64,000 nucleotides of DNA from Candidatus Cryptobacteroides sp. (GCA_045643085.1 JAZUKB010000008.1:13137-77136), one strand, 5' to 3'; counted from the stretch's first letter, positions 19,591 through 29,578 are shown. The notes: generated by a model not told the origin, from the sequence alone. Translations and numbers: made by a program.

Positions 19591-20277
19591 TTACCGGTCT
19601 CTCACCCTTCCTTCATCGAAGCTGTAGAAGCTGTCGTCACATATTATAACGTGGTCGAGAAGGTCTATCTTCATAGTCTTCAGGGCCTTGTGCAGTGATT
19701 CCGTCTGTTTGACATCCTCCGGGCTCGGACGGGGACTGCCTCCCGGGTGGTTGTGCACAAGGATGACTCCGGATGCGCTTTTTTCCAAGGCTATCCTGGT
19801 CACGAGCCGTATGTCCATTACCGTGGAATCCTGTCCTCCTGCCGAAATCCGGCATTTACCTATGAGGTGATTCGAACCGGAAAGGCACAGCAGCCAGCAC
19901 TCCTCGTGCCTTAGCGCCTTCAGCGATGGGATCATAAGGTCATATACCGCTCTGGCGCATACCACCGGCCTTCGGAGGGAATATGACTGCTCCGAGAGGA
20001 ACCTTCTGCCCAGCTCCAGCGCGGCGGCAACGACAGCTGCCTTACATCGTCCCATACCGGGGATGCGGCATACACTTTCCATAGGAAGGTCGAACAGGTT
20101 CCCGAGTTTCCCTTCCGATGCCTGCAAAAGGCTGCGGGCGACATCCAGCGCACTGGCGCCGCGTGTGCCGCTTCTCAAAAGTACAGCCAGGAGTTCCCCG
20201 TCGCTCAGGCTCCCGGGTCCCTTGGACAGAAGTCTCTCCCTCGGCCTCTCATCCAGGCTCAATTCCTTCATTCTCAT
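19591..20277 (-). CDS. radC: RadC/JAB-domain protein
   Basis: RPRERL, ELLAVLLRSG, HNHPGG.P.PS.ED, LLDHVII. Confidence 0.94.
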   Translation of the reverse strand: MRMKELSLDERPRERLLSKGPGSLSDGELLAVLLRSGTRGASALDVARSLLQASEGKLGNLFDLPMESVCRIPGMGRCKAAVVAAALELGRRFLSEQSYSLRRPVVCARAVYDLMIPSLKALRHEECWLLCLSGSNHLIGKCRISAGGQDSTVMDIRLVTRIALEKSASGVILVHNHPGGSPRPSPEDVKQTESLHKALKTMKIDLLDHVIICDDSFYSFDEGRVRDR

Positions 20278-20302
20278 AGCTGCAAGTTATGGAGGATATG
20301 TC

Positions 20303-20340
20303 AAAAAAAGCCGTCACGGAAAAACTCCGGTGACGGCTTT
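20303..20340 (-). terminator. Intrinsic terminator after miaB
   Basis: AAAGCCGTCAC...GTGACGGCTTT stem followed by a T-run on the minus strand. Confidence 0.8.
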
Positions 20341-20365
20341 ATACGTTTTCGAAAGGAATTGCTGT

Positions 20366-21673
20366 TTATAGCTTCTTCTCCCGGCAGATCAAAGTGGCCG
20401 ACGTGCAGTCGACGACTTCTACGGTGACATAGTCCCCGGCTTTGTGCACGCTGTCCGGCCATACGCACATCTTGTTGTTGGACGCACGTCCGCACAGGTC
20501 GGACGCTGTCCTCTTCGAAGGTCCTTCGACAAGGACTTCAAAGGTCTTGCCTATGTCCTGTCTGTAGCTTTTGAGGCTCATCCTGCCCTGCAGTTCTATT
20601 ATTTCATTCAGCCTTCTGGTCTTCGTCCCCAGGTCAACGTCGTCCGGATATTTCCTTGCAGCGAGCGTTCCGGGCCTCTCCGAATAATAGAACATAAAAG
20701 CCGTGTCGAACACCACTTCTTCGAACAGGCTCAAGGTCTGTTTGTGGTCCTCTTCGGTCTCGGAGCAGAACCCGGCTATGACATCCGTGGTCAGGCCGCA
20801 ACCCGGGAGGACTTCGCGGATCTTCGCCACCCTGTCCAGATACCATTCACGAGTGTATCTGCGACGCATCTTTTCCAGTATGCGGTTGGATCCGGATTGT
20901 ACGGGGAGGTGGATATGCTTGCAGATGTTGTCGTATTTTGCCATCGTGTTGATGACGTCATCTGAAATATCCTGCGGATTCGACGTGGAGAATCGGACTC
21001 TCAACTTCGGGTCTATCTTTGCCACGCGCTCAAGAAGTTGTGCGAAAGTCGTTCCTTCGTAATTGTATGAGTCCACGTTCTGTCCAAGAAGAGTGACCTC
21101 CTTGTAGCCCTTGCTGAAGCAGTCGCACGCTTCCCGCACGATGGTGTCCGCATCCCTGCTCCTTTCCGCTCCGCGGGTGTACGGGACCACGCAATATGAA
21201 CAGACGTTGTTGCATCCTCTCATTATGGATATGAATGCGCTGACTCCGTTGGTGTCAATGCGGACAGGGGAGATATCCCCGTAGGTCTCTTCTCTTGACA
21301 GTTCGACATTTATCTGAGGGTGTCCTTCAGATGCAGCTTCCAGAAGCGACGGGAGGCTTCTGTAGGCATCCGGACCGGCAACGATGTCGACCTTCCCGGA
21401 TTCCAGGAGCTTTTCCTTGAGCCTCTCAGCCATACAACCCAAGATTCCGACAAGCACGGGCCGTTTCCCCTTCTGGATATTGAACTGGTCGATACGGCCC
21501 CAGATACGCTGTTCTGCATTATCCCTTATGGAGCAGGTATTTGCCATAATCACATCCGCCTCTTCAATGGACTCTGTCCTTGAATATCCGTGGCCCGCCA
21601 GAATGGAAAAAATCACTTCGGTGTCATTCACGTTCATCTGACAACCGTATGTTTCAATATAAAGCTTGCGCAT
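20366..21673 (-). CDS. miaB: tRNA-i6A37 methylthiotransferase
   Basis: ETYGCQMN, NTCSIR, CNNVCSYC radical-SAM motif, C-terminal TRAM domain. Start at MRKLYIET (21673). Confidence 0.96.
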   Translation of the reverse strand: MRKLYIETYGCQMNVNDTEVIFSILAGHGYSRTESIEEADVIMANTCSIRDNAEQRIWGRIDQFNIQKGKRPVLVGILGCMAERLKEKLLESGKVDIVAGPDAYRSLPSLLEAASEGHPQINVELSREETYGDISPVRIDTNGVSAFISIMRGCNNVCSYCVVPYTRGAERSRDADTIVREACDCFSKGYKEVTLLGQNVDSYNYEGTTFAQLLERVAKIDPKLRVRFSTSNPQDISDDVINTMAKYDNICKHIHLPVQSGSNRILEKMRRRYTREWYLDRVAKIREVLPGCGLTTDVIAGFCSETEEDHKQTLSLFEEVVFDTAFMFYYSERPGTLAARKYPDDVDLGTKTRRLNEIIELQGRMSLKSYRQDIGKTFEVLVEGPSKRTASDLCGRASNNKMCVWPDSVHKAGDYVTVEVVDCTSATLICREKKL

Positions 21674-21681
21674 ACCGGCCG

Positions 21682-21710
21682 CAAAGATAGACAGTTTTTT
21701 CTTATCTTTG
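21682..21710. promoter_or_regulatory. Back-to-back divergent -7 promoter elements (miaB / LEA_2-SPOR-rpoN)
   Basis: CAAAGATA (21682-21689) and TATCTTTG (21703-21710), both TAnnTTTG on their own strand. Confidence 0.7.
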
Positions 21711-21716
21711 TCCAAT

Positions 21717-22193
21717 ATGGAAAGACGTAAGTCATATATCCCGATACTGCTTCTGTCAGTGGCCCTGTCATTGTCATTGCAGTCGTGTACGCAGTGGAAA
21801 GGTTTCGAAATCAAATCGGTGTCTGTGCGTACGCTGTCCCCTCACGGACTCAAGTCAGCTGACCTGACTGTCAGCGTGACAGTAATGAATCCTGGCAAGT
21901 CGATACAGGTTGACAGTATCTTTGGTGAAATAAAGGTTGCGGACAGTCCGATGTTCCTCCTGCGGGCGGAGGATTTTGTGTTGGAGCAGAATTCGGAGAA
22001 GGAATATCTGCTGCCGGTACAGGGATATGTGACTGAAGGTTTGAATGTGTTCTATGTGCTTGGAGCGCTTACAGATGGCTCTCCGGAGTCGATAAAAATG
22101 GATGTCAGGGCTTATGTCCGCGTTTCCGGGACAAACTTTGGCAGGACTATTGAATATAAGGATATACCGTTAGCTTCCCTGGTGGGAATATAG
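21717..22193 (+). CDS. Putative lipoprotein, LEA_2/WHy-like domain
   Basis: Lipobox LQSC, V.NP motif (VTVMNPG), beta-rich. Confidence 0.6.
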   Translation: MERRKSYIPILLLSVALSLSLQSCTQWKGFEIKSVSVRTLSPHGLKSADLTVSVTVMNPGKSIQVDSIFGEIKVADSPMFLLRAEDFVLEQNSEKEYLLPVQGYVTEGLNVFYVLGALTDGSPESIKMDVRAYVRVSGTNFGRTIEYKDIPLASLVGI

Positions 22194-22194
22194 T

Positions 22195-22752
22195 ATGAAA
22201 AGGATAATAATGATTTTGTCTGCCATAATGGCAGCGGGATTCGGTGTGGCGGCTCAGGACATTGTCATTCCTGAAGGGTACGAATACGTCGATTCTGTAA
22301 TTTACATTCCGGTTTCCGCCGTTGACCGGTCACTTGAAGGGAGAGACATCTATTCCGTGCTTCCGCCGCAGGTTACGGTCAGTCAGACGGAGTCGATGCG
22401 ACAGGCGCTGGAGAACCATATCGGGAAGAATTCGGAAAAGCAGTATTCCGGCTACAGGATACGCATATATTTCGACAACAAGCAGGTGTCACGTTCGGAG
22501 TCGGAGTCGGAGATGGCGAGATTCAAGGCAAAATACCCCGGGATACAGGCATACAGGACTTATTCCAACCCGTTCTTCAAGGTCACTGTCGGAGATTTCC
22601 GGACGAAAGCCGAGGCGCAGGAGCTGCTGAAGGAGATACAGAGAGATTTTCCTGCCGCATTTGTAGTGCGTGAGAAATTCAGATACCCTGTATTGGAGGC
22701 TGGATCATATCAGACCGATACAGTCAGATATCTCAGGCCCATAGACGGATAA
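22195..22752 (+). CDS. SPOR domain-containing exported protein
   Basis: Signal peptide; GYRIRIY...PFFKVTVGDF.T..EA...FPAAFVV. Confidence 0.85.
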   Translation: MKRIIMILSAIMAAGFGVAAQDIVIPEGYEYVDSVIYIPVSAVDRSLEGRDIYSVLPPQVTVSQTESMRQALENHIGKNSEKQYSGYRIRIYFDNKQVSRSESESEMARFKAKYPGIQAYRTYSNPFFKVTVGDFRTKAEAQELLKEIQRDFPAAFVVREKFRYPVLEAGSYQTDTVRYLRPIDG

Positions 22753-22759
22753 AAGAGTT

Positions 22760-24169
22760 ATGAAACAGGGATTAGAGCTCAAGCAGACCCAGAAACTTTC
22801 TCCCCTCCAGATTCAGACTATCAAGCTCATCGAGCTTCCTGTCCAGGAACTGGAGCAGAGGGTTCGTGCCGAGCTTGAGGACAACCCTGTCCTGGATGAT
22901 ACTCCTGACCCGGACGCATCCCGGGATGACGATTCTCAGAAGGACATATCCATAGACGAGATTAAGGAGGATGATTATATTCCTTCTTATAAGTTGAAGG
23001 TAAACAACTGGGGAAAGGATCCGCGTCCGGAGTACAGCACTTTCTCTGTAAGGGAGAGTTTCACGCAGAGTCTTTCGGAACAGCTCGGATACAGGAATCT
23101 TGATGACAGACAGTTCCAGATCGGTTCTTTCATCATAGGGAGCCTTGATGAGGACGGTTATCTGCGCAGGGATATAGATTCTTTGGTGGATGACCTGGCC
23201 TTCAGGGCGAATATCGAGACTGATTCCGACGAGGTGCTGAAGATTTTGAAGGTAATCCAGGAGTTCGAACCTGCCGGAGTAGGTGCCAGAGATTTGCGTG
23301 AATGCCTGCTGCTGCAGTTGGACAACTGCAAGCAGACTCCCGACGTAATAACGGCGAAGAGGATATTGAAGGAGGAATTCTCCGAATTCTCCAACAAGCA
23401 TTTCCATAAGATTATTTCCCATCTGGGAATAACGGAGGATGAGCTGAAATCCGCAATGGCGCGTATAGTGAAGTTGAATCCGGCCCCCGGCGGAATGATT
23501 GATGACAGCTACAATGATCAGGCTCAGCAGATTGTGCCGGATTTCATCCTTGAAGAGAATGACGGCGAACTGACGTTCTCAATGCCAAGGTTCTCCATCC
23601 CGGAGTTGAGGGTCAACAAGAAATATGCGGATCTGCTTATGGAGGCGAAGGGCTCATCCGAGCGCGCCAGAAAGGAAGCCGCCTCGTTCGTCAAGCAGAA
23701 GCTCGATTCGGCAAAGTGGTTCGTCGAGGCATTGAAACAGCGGCACAATACGCTCCAAAAGACGATGCAGGCCATCCTCGATTATCAGCACGACTATTTC
23801 CTGGACGGGGATGACTCGCACCTGAAACCGATGGTACTCAAGGATATCGCCGCCGTAACCGGCTTTGATATTTCGACGATATCGCGTGTCGTTAACAGCA
23901 AATACATCGAAACACATTTCGGAATATTCCCGCTCAAATATTTCTTCTCCGAAGGAATGGAAAACAGCGAAGGTGAGGAGGTGTCTACCAGGGAGCTCAA
24001 GAAGGCCCTTCAGGATTGTGTGGATGCGGAGAACAAGAAGAAACCTCTTACTGATGAGCAGCTTGTCGTGGAGATGGAGAAGAAAGGATATAAAGTTGCC
24101 AGGCGTACGATTGCGAAATATCGCGGTCAACTGGGCATACCTCTCGCCCGGTGGCGCAAGGAGCTATGA
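22760..24169 (+). CDS. rpoN: RNA polymerase sigma-54 factor
   Basis: Q-rich N-terminus, GVGARDLRECL, STISRVV, RpoN box ARRTIAKYR. Confidence 0.97.
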   Translation: MKQGLELKQTQKLSPLQIQTIKLIELPVQELEQRVRAELEDNPVLDDTPDPDASRDDDSQKDISIDEIKEDDYIPSYKLKVNNWGKDPRPEYSTFSVRESFTQSLSEQLGYRNLDDRQFQIGSFIIGSLDEDGYLRRDIDSLVDDLAFRANIETDSDEVLKILKVIQEFEPAGVGARDLRECLLLQLDNCKQTPDVITAKRILKEEFSEFSNKHFHKIISHLGITEDELKSAMARIVKLNPAPGGMIDDSYNDQAQQIVPDFILEENDGELTFSMPRFSIPELRVNKKYADLLMEAKGSSERARKEAASFVKQKLDSAKWFVEALKQRHNTLQKTMQAILDYQHDYFLDGDDSHLKPMVLKDIAAVTGFDISTISRVVNSKYIETHFGIFPLKYFFSEGMENSEGEEVSTRELKKALQDCVDAENKKKPLTDEQLVVEMEKKGYKVARRTIAKYRGQLGIPLARWRKEL

Positions 24170-24171
24170 TG

Positions 24172-24621
24172 TCAATCCTTCTTGGGACGTCTGGTGGAGT
24201 GGCAGATTATCTGTAAGTCCAGGTCGTCTATCTTGTATCCCCTGAACCGCCTTCCCTTGAAATGGGATTCTATCAGTTCCATCAGTTCGTCGTCCTGGAC
24301 GTCCTTATATTCGTTCCTTTTCGTGTCATATAGATGAAGATGCCTGCCGGTGTTGACATCGAAGTACATCTTATTGTTGGAACTGAACCTCTTTTTGTAG
24401 ATTCCGAGATCATTCAGCTGGGAAAGCACATTGTAAACGGACGCGGCAGAAATACTGGTGCCTCCTTCCTTTGAGATATGCTCGCACACCGTATCTGCGC
24501 TTGCGTGTCCGAGCTCCATCATCGCCTTGTGCACGGCAATCCTCTGGGCAGTGGCCTTGAGACCGCGGTCCTTGAGTATCTGCTTGAATCTTTCTATGTC
24601 AGGAACCTGCCCTTTACGCAT
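24172..24621 (-). CDS. Fur/PerR family transcriptional regulator
   Basis: GLKATAQR, H.SA, SAASVYNVL winged helix; HLH motif. Confidence 0.85.
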   Translation of the reverse strand: MRKGQVPDIERFKQILKDRGLKATAQRIAVHKAMMELGHASADTVCEHISKEGGTSISAASVYNVLSQLNDLGIYKKRFSSNNKMYFDVNTGRHLHLYDTKRNEYKDVQDDELMELIESHFKGRRFRGYKIDDLDLQIICHSTRRPKKD

Positions 24622-26263
24622 TGTGGCCGATAAGTGATTTTGCGTTAGCGATGGCTTCCGGAGTAATTGTGGAACCGCTCAGAAGCCGGGCTATCTCTAG
24701 GATGCGCTCATCTCCACAGACACAGTGGATGCCCGAAACAGTCTTTCCGTCTTCAACTTTTTTGGTGACAACATAATGGGCGTCACCCTTGGCAGCCACT
24801 TGCGGAAGATGTGTTATGGAAAATACCTGCATCTTGTGCCCCATATCGCATATCATCGAACCCATCCTGTCCGCAACGCTCCCGCTTACTCCAGTATCTA
24901 TTTCATCGAAAATCAAGGTCGGCATATCGGAGAACCCTGCCATCATAGCCTTGAGGCAAAGCATTATCCTGGAAATCTCACCGCCAGACGCGCATTTCTC
25001 GACTTCAACCGGATCCGTGCTGTTTGCTGAAAATTTGAAGACAATATTGTCGGAACCCGTTCCGTCCGGTTTTGACGGTTCCACGTCAACCACGAACTTT
25101 GCATTGTCAAGTTCGAGATAATGAAGGGACTCAAGGATAGACCCGGCGAATTTCGGAGCGGCGGCGGCTCTGCTTTCGTGAAGGTCAAGGCAAAGTTTCC
25201 GGTGAATTTCAGATTCCTTGTTGACAGCCTCCGACAACTCCCCGATCCGTCCGGATAACGTGTCTGAATCAAACAGGGCATTACCGTAACGTTCCCTGAC
25301 TGCGATGAGTTCGGCAACGGTGCTGCAGGAATGCTTTTTCATAAGACTGTACAACAGTGACATCCTGTCTTCCACCGTCTGCAGTCTCTCCGGAGACATA
25401 TCCACTTTGGAGTCCAAATCCTCGAGCTCGGACCGGATGTCGTCAAGCTCTATCCTGGCGGATTCAATCCTCTGACACAGGTCATCCAGAGACGGGATGA
25501 ATCTGCTGATATGTTCCAGTGACCTGCGCACGTCCTTCAGGGATGAAAAACTGTCCATCGCATCGCAGGCTGCACCCAGCCCTTCCTTGATGCTTTCTGC
25601 ATTGGAAAGACGCTTCTGCTCCTCCTCCAGTTCTTCCAGTTCCCCTTCCTGAAGCTTTGCTGCATCAAGCTGATGAAATTGGGCTTCGTTGTATTCCCGA
25701 TCCGCAGACATCCTTTCGGTCTGTTCCAGAAGTTTGTCCAGTTCCGCCCTGCAGTGTTGAAGCCTCATCCAGCTTTCCTTGCAGCTCTTGAGTTTCTCGC
25801 CGTTGCCGGCAAAACTGTCAAGCATTGACAACTGGAACTTCCGGTCTGTCAGCAGCAGGCTCTTGTGTTGGGAATGGATATCGATCAGATGGGAGGCAAT
25901 CCCTCCGAGGACTCCCGTCTGTACGGGTGAGTCGTTGATGAAACATCGGGTTCTTCCGGAGCTGCTCACGACACGGCGCACTATGAGATGCCCTTCGTCC
26001 CACTCGACGTCATTTTCGGACAGTATCTCCCGTATCGCACTGTCATTGTCCGGTACGTCGAATTCCGCTTCCACTACGCAATTCTCCGCTCCCTGGGATA
26101 TCACGGATGCATCCGTCTTTGCTCCAGTCAAGAGCGACAGCGCTCCCAGAAGTATGGATTTGCCGGCACCGGTCTGACCTGTAATAATGACTAAACCCTC
26201 CGGAAAAGAGATATCCAGAGAGTCTATCAGTACGTAATTCCTAATATGGAGGCTGCTGAGCAT
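24614..26263 (-). CDS. recN: DNA repair protein RecN
   Basis: TGQTGAGKS, SGGEISR, FDEIDTGVSG, ITHLPQVA. Confidence 0.97.
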   Translation of the reverse strand: MLSSLHIRNYVLIDSLDISFPEGLVIITGQTGAGKSILLGALSLLTGAKTDASVISQGAENCVVEAEFDVPDNDSAIREILSENDVEWDEGHLIVRRVVSSSGRTRCFINDSPVQTGVLGGIASHLIDIHSQHKSLLLTDRKFQLSMLDSFAGNGEKLKSCKESWMRLQHCRAELDKLLEQTERMSADREYNEAQFHQLDAAKLQEGELEELEEEQKRLSNAESIKEGLGAACDAMDSFSSLKDVRRSLEHISRFIPSLDDLCQRIESARIELDDIRSELEDLDSKVDMSPERLQTVEDRMSLLYSLMKKHSCSTVAELIAVRERYGNALFDSDTLSGRIGELSEAVNKESEIHRKLCLDLHESRAAAAPKFAGSILESLHYLELDNAKFVVDVEPSKPDGTGSDNIVFKFSANSTDPVEVEKCASGGEISRIMLCLKAMMAGFSDMPTLIFDEIDTGVSGSVADRMGSMICDMGHKMQVFSITHLPQVAAKGDAHYVVTKKVEDGKTVSGIHCVCGDERILEIARLLSGSTITPEAIANAKSLIGHNA

Positions 26264-26274
26264 CGTGCGGGTCG

Positions 26275-26604
26275 TCAGTTCTCCGCCTTGCCCTCGTCAG
26301 TCTGTGCCTTCCTGTAAAAGAGTTCTTCGTTCTCGAATTCGCTGATGGCCACGAGATCCGGCTTAGGCTGCCTTTCGTAGTATTTTGAGATTTCGATCTG
26401 CTCCTTGTTCTCGAACACCTCTTCCATCGTATCGCGTTCGTTGCGGAAATCTTCCAGCTTCTTGGCAAGCTCCTTCTTTTCTGCAAGGGCTATCTGGTTT
26501 GCTCTCTTGGAGAGAATGACTACAGTTTCATAGATGTTTCCTGTAGGCCGTGCGAGGTACTTGATGTCCCTCGTGATAGTGTTTGTAGGTATCTTCTTTT
26601 CCAT
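26275..26604 (-). CDS. rpoZ: RNA polymerase omega subunit (Bacteroidota type)
   Basis: TGNIYETVVILSKRANQI...EQIEISKYYE..PKP; follows bamD as in Bacteroidota. Confidence 0.88.
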   Translation of the reverse strand: MEKKIPTNTITRDIKYLARPTGNIYETVVILSKRANQIALAEKKELAKKLEDFRNERDTMEEVFENKEQIEISKYYERQPKPDLVAISEFENEELFYRKAQTDEGKAEN

Positions 26605-26640
26605 ACTCTATTTACGGGAGTGGTCTCACCGTAAGTTTCA

Positions 26641-27426
26641 TTATTTTTCTCTTACTTTATTGTAAAGCGCGTCAAGCTCCTTACGGTATTTTGATTCCTC
26701 ATATTCTCCGATGAAATTGAGATAATCATCAACGAACAGCAGGTATCTTTCTCTCTGTTTCTCGGGGACGCTCATAGCAGCGTATTTGTAGGAGGACATA
26801 GCCGTGTAATACAGGATGTCTTCCCGGTAGATGTTGTCCGCATCCTCCTTCAGGATGTTTCTGAAGGCAACCTTGGCAGCCTTGTAGTCTTCCATCTTGT
26901 AATAGAGCTTGGCATTCTCAAGGGCTTTTTTGTCAAGTCTTTCCTCGAGGTTGGACAACATCGAGTAGCATATTTCACGCTTGTCGGTGTCAGGATAGTC
27001 CAGGAGGAACTGGTTGATGGCGGCCATACAGGTGTATGTAGGAGTCTGGTCCAACTCGTATCTGAGTGTGCTTCTGAAAAGACAGTCGAGACGCAGGAAT
27101 GAGGCATATTCGGTGAACGGGCTGCGCGGATAGTTGCTTATGAACTTGTCAAAATTCGTCTGCGCCGTGTAGTAATCCGTATCCCTGTAATTGCTCAATC
27201 CCCAGTAGAACTGGACGGTGTCATCCCTTTCCGTACCGCTTGTCAGCATTGAGAGGGATTCGAACATATTGGCGGCCTTGTTGAACTTGCCGTTGTTGAA
27301 AAGCTCGAATGCAAGTTCGTATTTGGCCTCTGCGTCATAACCCTCCAAAACCAGATCGTACTGGGTCTTGCAGGCGACTGCAGATATTATTGTGAGCGCT
27401 ATGCCAATCAGTGTTGATCTTTTCAT
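26641..27426 (-). CDS. bamD: Outer membrane protein assembly lipoprotein BamD
   Basis: Lipobox AVAC, TPR repeats, YELDQTPT. Start MKRSTL overlaps the trxB stop. Confidence 0.88.
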   Translation of the reverse strand: MKRSTLIGIALTIISAVACKTQYDLVLEGYDAEAKYELAFELFNNGKFNKAANMFESLSMLTSGTERDDTVQFYWGLSNYRDTDYYTAQTNFDKFISNYPRSPFTEYASFLRLDCLFRSTLRYELDQTPTYTCMAAINQFLLDYPDTDKREICYSMLSNLEERLDKKALENAKLYYKMEDYKAAKVAFRNILKEDADNIYREDILYYTAMSSYKYAAMSVPEKQRERYLLFVDDYLNFIGEYEESKYRKELDALYNKVREK

Positions 27427-28343
27427 TCCGATAAAAATTTTTCTGCATCCATTGCGGCCCTGCACCCCGATGCCGCCGCGTTGATTGCCTGACGATATTG
27501 CGGGTCCTGAACGTCTCCGGCCGCGAAAACTCCGGGAACATTGGTTCTGGACGTCTTGCCTTCAGTGACGATATAGCCGTTTTCGTCGGTCTGTATCCAC
27601 TTTGAAAACAGCTCGGAAACGGGATGATGTCCTATCGCAAGGAAGAACCCGTCCACATTTATATCAAAAACCTCGCCATTGTTCCGGACGAGCCGGGCAC
27701 CGGTGACCCCGGCGTCATTTCCGAGGATCTCCTGCGTATTGCAGTTCCAGAGTATTTCTATATTCGGTGCGTTCTTGACTCGTTCCTGCATTGCAGCCGA
27801 GGCCCTCAGGACGTCACGTCTGACTATCATATAGACTTTGCGGCACATACCGGCCAGATAGCTCGCTTCTTCGCAGGCTGTATCTCCGCCTCCCACCACG
27901 GCAACGTCCTTGCGCCTGTAGAAGAACCCGTCACAGGTTGCGCAAGCGGATACGCCGAGACCGCGGAACTTCTTTTCCGAAGGCAGTCCGAGATACCTGG
28001 CTGTCGCGCCTGTCGCTATGATCACCGTATCCGCGCTGACTTCATCCCCGTTTTCAGTCTTGACGAGAAACGGCCTTTCTGAAAAGTCGACTTCGGATAT
28101 GACACCCCTTCTGATATCGGCTCCGAGTCTGACGGCCTGCTCGCGCATATCCGCCATAAGGCTGTTCGCGTCAACGCCTTTCGGAAAACCCGGGAAATTC
28201 TCGACGATCGTAGTCGTGGTCAGCTGTCCTCCAGGCTCGTTCCCTTCATATAGTACCGGGCTGAGAGCTGCCCTTGAAGCATATATCGCTGCAGTATAAC
28301 CGGCAGGTCCTCCGCCGATTATTAGACATTTTGTTTTTTCCAT
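27423..28343 (-). CDS. trxB: Thioredoxin-disulfide reductase
   Basis: GGGPAGYTAA, CATCDG, GGGDTA, FAAGDV. Confidence 0.97.
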   Translation of the reverse strand: MEKTKCLIIGGGPAGYTAAIYASRAALSPVLYEGNEPGGQLTTTTIVENFPGFPKGVDANSLMADMREQAVRLGADIRRGVISEVDFSERPFLVKTENGDEVSADTVIIATGATARYLGLPSEKKFRGLGVSACATCDGFFYRRKDVAVVGGGDTACEEASYLAGMCRKVYMIVRRDVLRASAAMQERVKNAPNIEILWNCNTQEILGNDAGVTGARLVRNNGEVFDINVDGFFLAIGHHPVSELFSKWIQTDENGYIVTEGKTSRTNVPGVFAAGDVQDPQYRQAINAAASGCRAAMDAEKFLSE

Positions 28344-29572
28344 TATTGGACAGTGATTGAATGGTCGGGGTTATATGATATTCTTCTGACGGCCTTGTTG
28401 ACATTAGCGGGCTCCAGCTCGGTGAAACGGAAATTCTCCTGCAGCCCGTATTCTTCGAATTCCTGCAGCTTCGCGGACCAGGCGCGGCCATATTTCGCGC
28501 AAATGTTCACGAAATAATGCATTATGTCATATCCGCTGAAAGAGTATGCGTTAGGCTCGGCTTGGAAGAGCGCCCTGTAAGTCAGGATGAAATCCTTGAC
28601 GGCCTGATTCCCGTAATCGATGTCGTATGAGGCGGTGAGCTTGAGGGATATGCTGTACAGGTCCTCCTGCTCCAGTGACTCGAACGACTTGATCCTGGAA
28701 GTCCCGTATGCCGTCAGTTTTGCTCCCTTGTATTTCATCATCGCCAGGTTTCTAATGACATCACCTACGAATGCTTCATTGTCGGACGCAATCACATAGC
28801 GTCTGTGCGTCAAGGTGTCTGTAACATTGAAGAACCTGTCAGCGGCAGTCAGACCTTCCAGAAGTCCGTAGCTGACAGTGTCGCAGGCGATACCATATTC
28901 TCCGAGCTTTTCTGTCAGATACCGGAACATCTCTCCTCCTTCGATGCCTTTTTCCTTGAGGAGCGTCACCTTACCGTATTCGGATTCCTGGTCTTCCGCA
29001 ATCCATTTCACCAGTTCTTCAGCTTGAGCCTCGGATGAAGATGCCGCGTGGATGACATTGTGCGTGGAGGCAAGTAATGCGGCTCTCTGGTCAAGAGGGG
29101 AGATTACCCACTTGTCTTCCGGGCAGACGTCCAGTTCGGAGAGGATATCTGCGGGAGAAACGGGCCCTATGATGACATCGCCTTCCTGCAGCTTCCCTGC
29201 GAATCTGCTGAAATCCTCATTGAAGCAATCAAAGACGTCCAGTTCGATCTTTATGCCGGAATTGCCAAGATCCCTTGCGGCCAGAAGGGCTCCGCTGTAG
29301 AAATCAAGAAGATTCGAGCCCTGAGACCTCGCCTCCAGGCTGAAAGGCATTGCGAGGCAAACCTTGACGGTTTCCGGGATGTCAGGGACAAACTCCTGTT
29401 CGAGGCTGTCTGCAACAACACTGAGAACGGTGTCGGCTTCCATCCTGGCTGAAGATACGGAAACCGTATCCGGGCGGGATTTTCTCCTGCTCGGAAAAAG
29501 ATACCACTGGGCCGTCGCATCAATGCAGGCGAGACCCAGTAGTATAAGGATTATGAAAATGCGGCGCTTCAA
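28343..29572 (-). CDS. Exported protein with periplasmic-binding (type 1, LppC/LpoA-like) fold
   Basis: Signal peptide; VCLAMPF...DFYSGALLAA, DVIIGP, ...SGYDIMHYF resemble the C-terminal domain of Bacteroidota LysM-PBP1 proteins. Confidence 0.6.
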   Translation of the reverse strand: MKRRIFIILILLGLACIDATAQWYLFPSRRKSRPDTVSVSSARMEADTVLSVVADSLEQEFVPDIPETVKVCLAMPFSLEARSQGSNLLDFYSGALLAARDLGNSGIKIELDVFDCFNEDFSRFAGKLQEGDVIIGPVSPADILSELDVCPEDKWVISPLDQRAALLASTHNVIHAASSSEAQAEELVKWIAEDQESEYGKVTLLKEKGIEGGEMFRYLTEKLGEYGIACDTVSYGLLEGLTAADRFFNVTDTLTHRRYVIASDNEAFVGDVIRNLAMMKYKGAKLTAYGTSRIKSFESLEQEDLYSISLKLTASYDIDYGNQAVKDFILTYRALFQAEPNAYSFSGYDIMHYFVNICAKYGRAWSAKLQEFEEYGLQENFRFTELEPANVNKAVRRISYNPDHSITVQ

Positions 29573-29578
29573 CGCCTG

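Noticed and set aside
21674-21814. N-terminal extensions in the ORF track (miaB; also murG, bamD, bamA, dxr, gdhA)
   Set aside because: Upstream in-frame starts overlap neighbouring genes or promoters; homology begins at the downstream ATGs used here.
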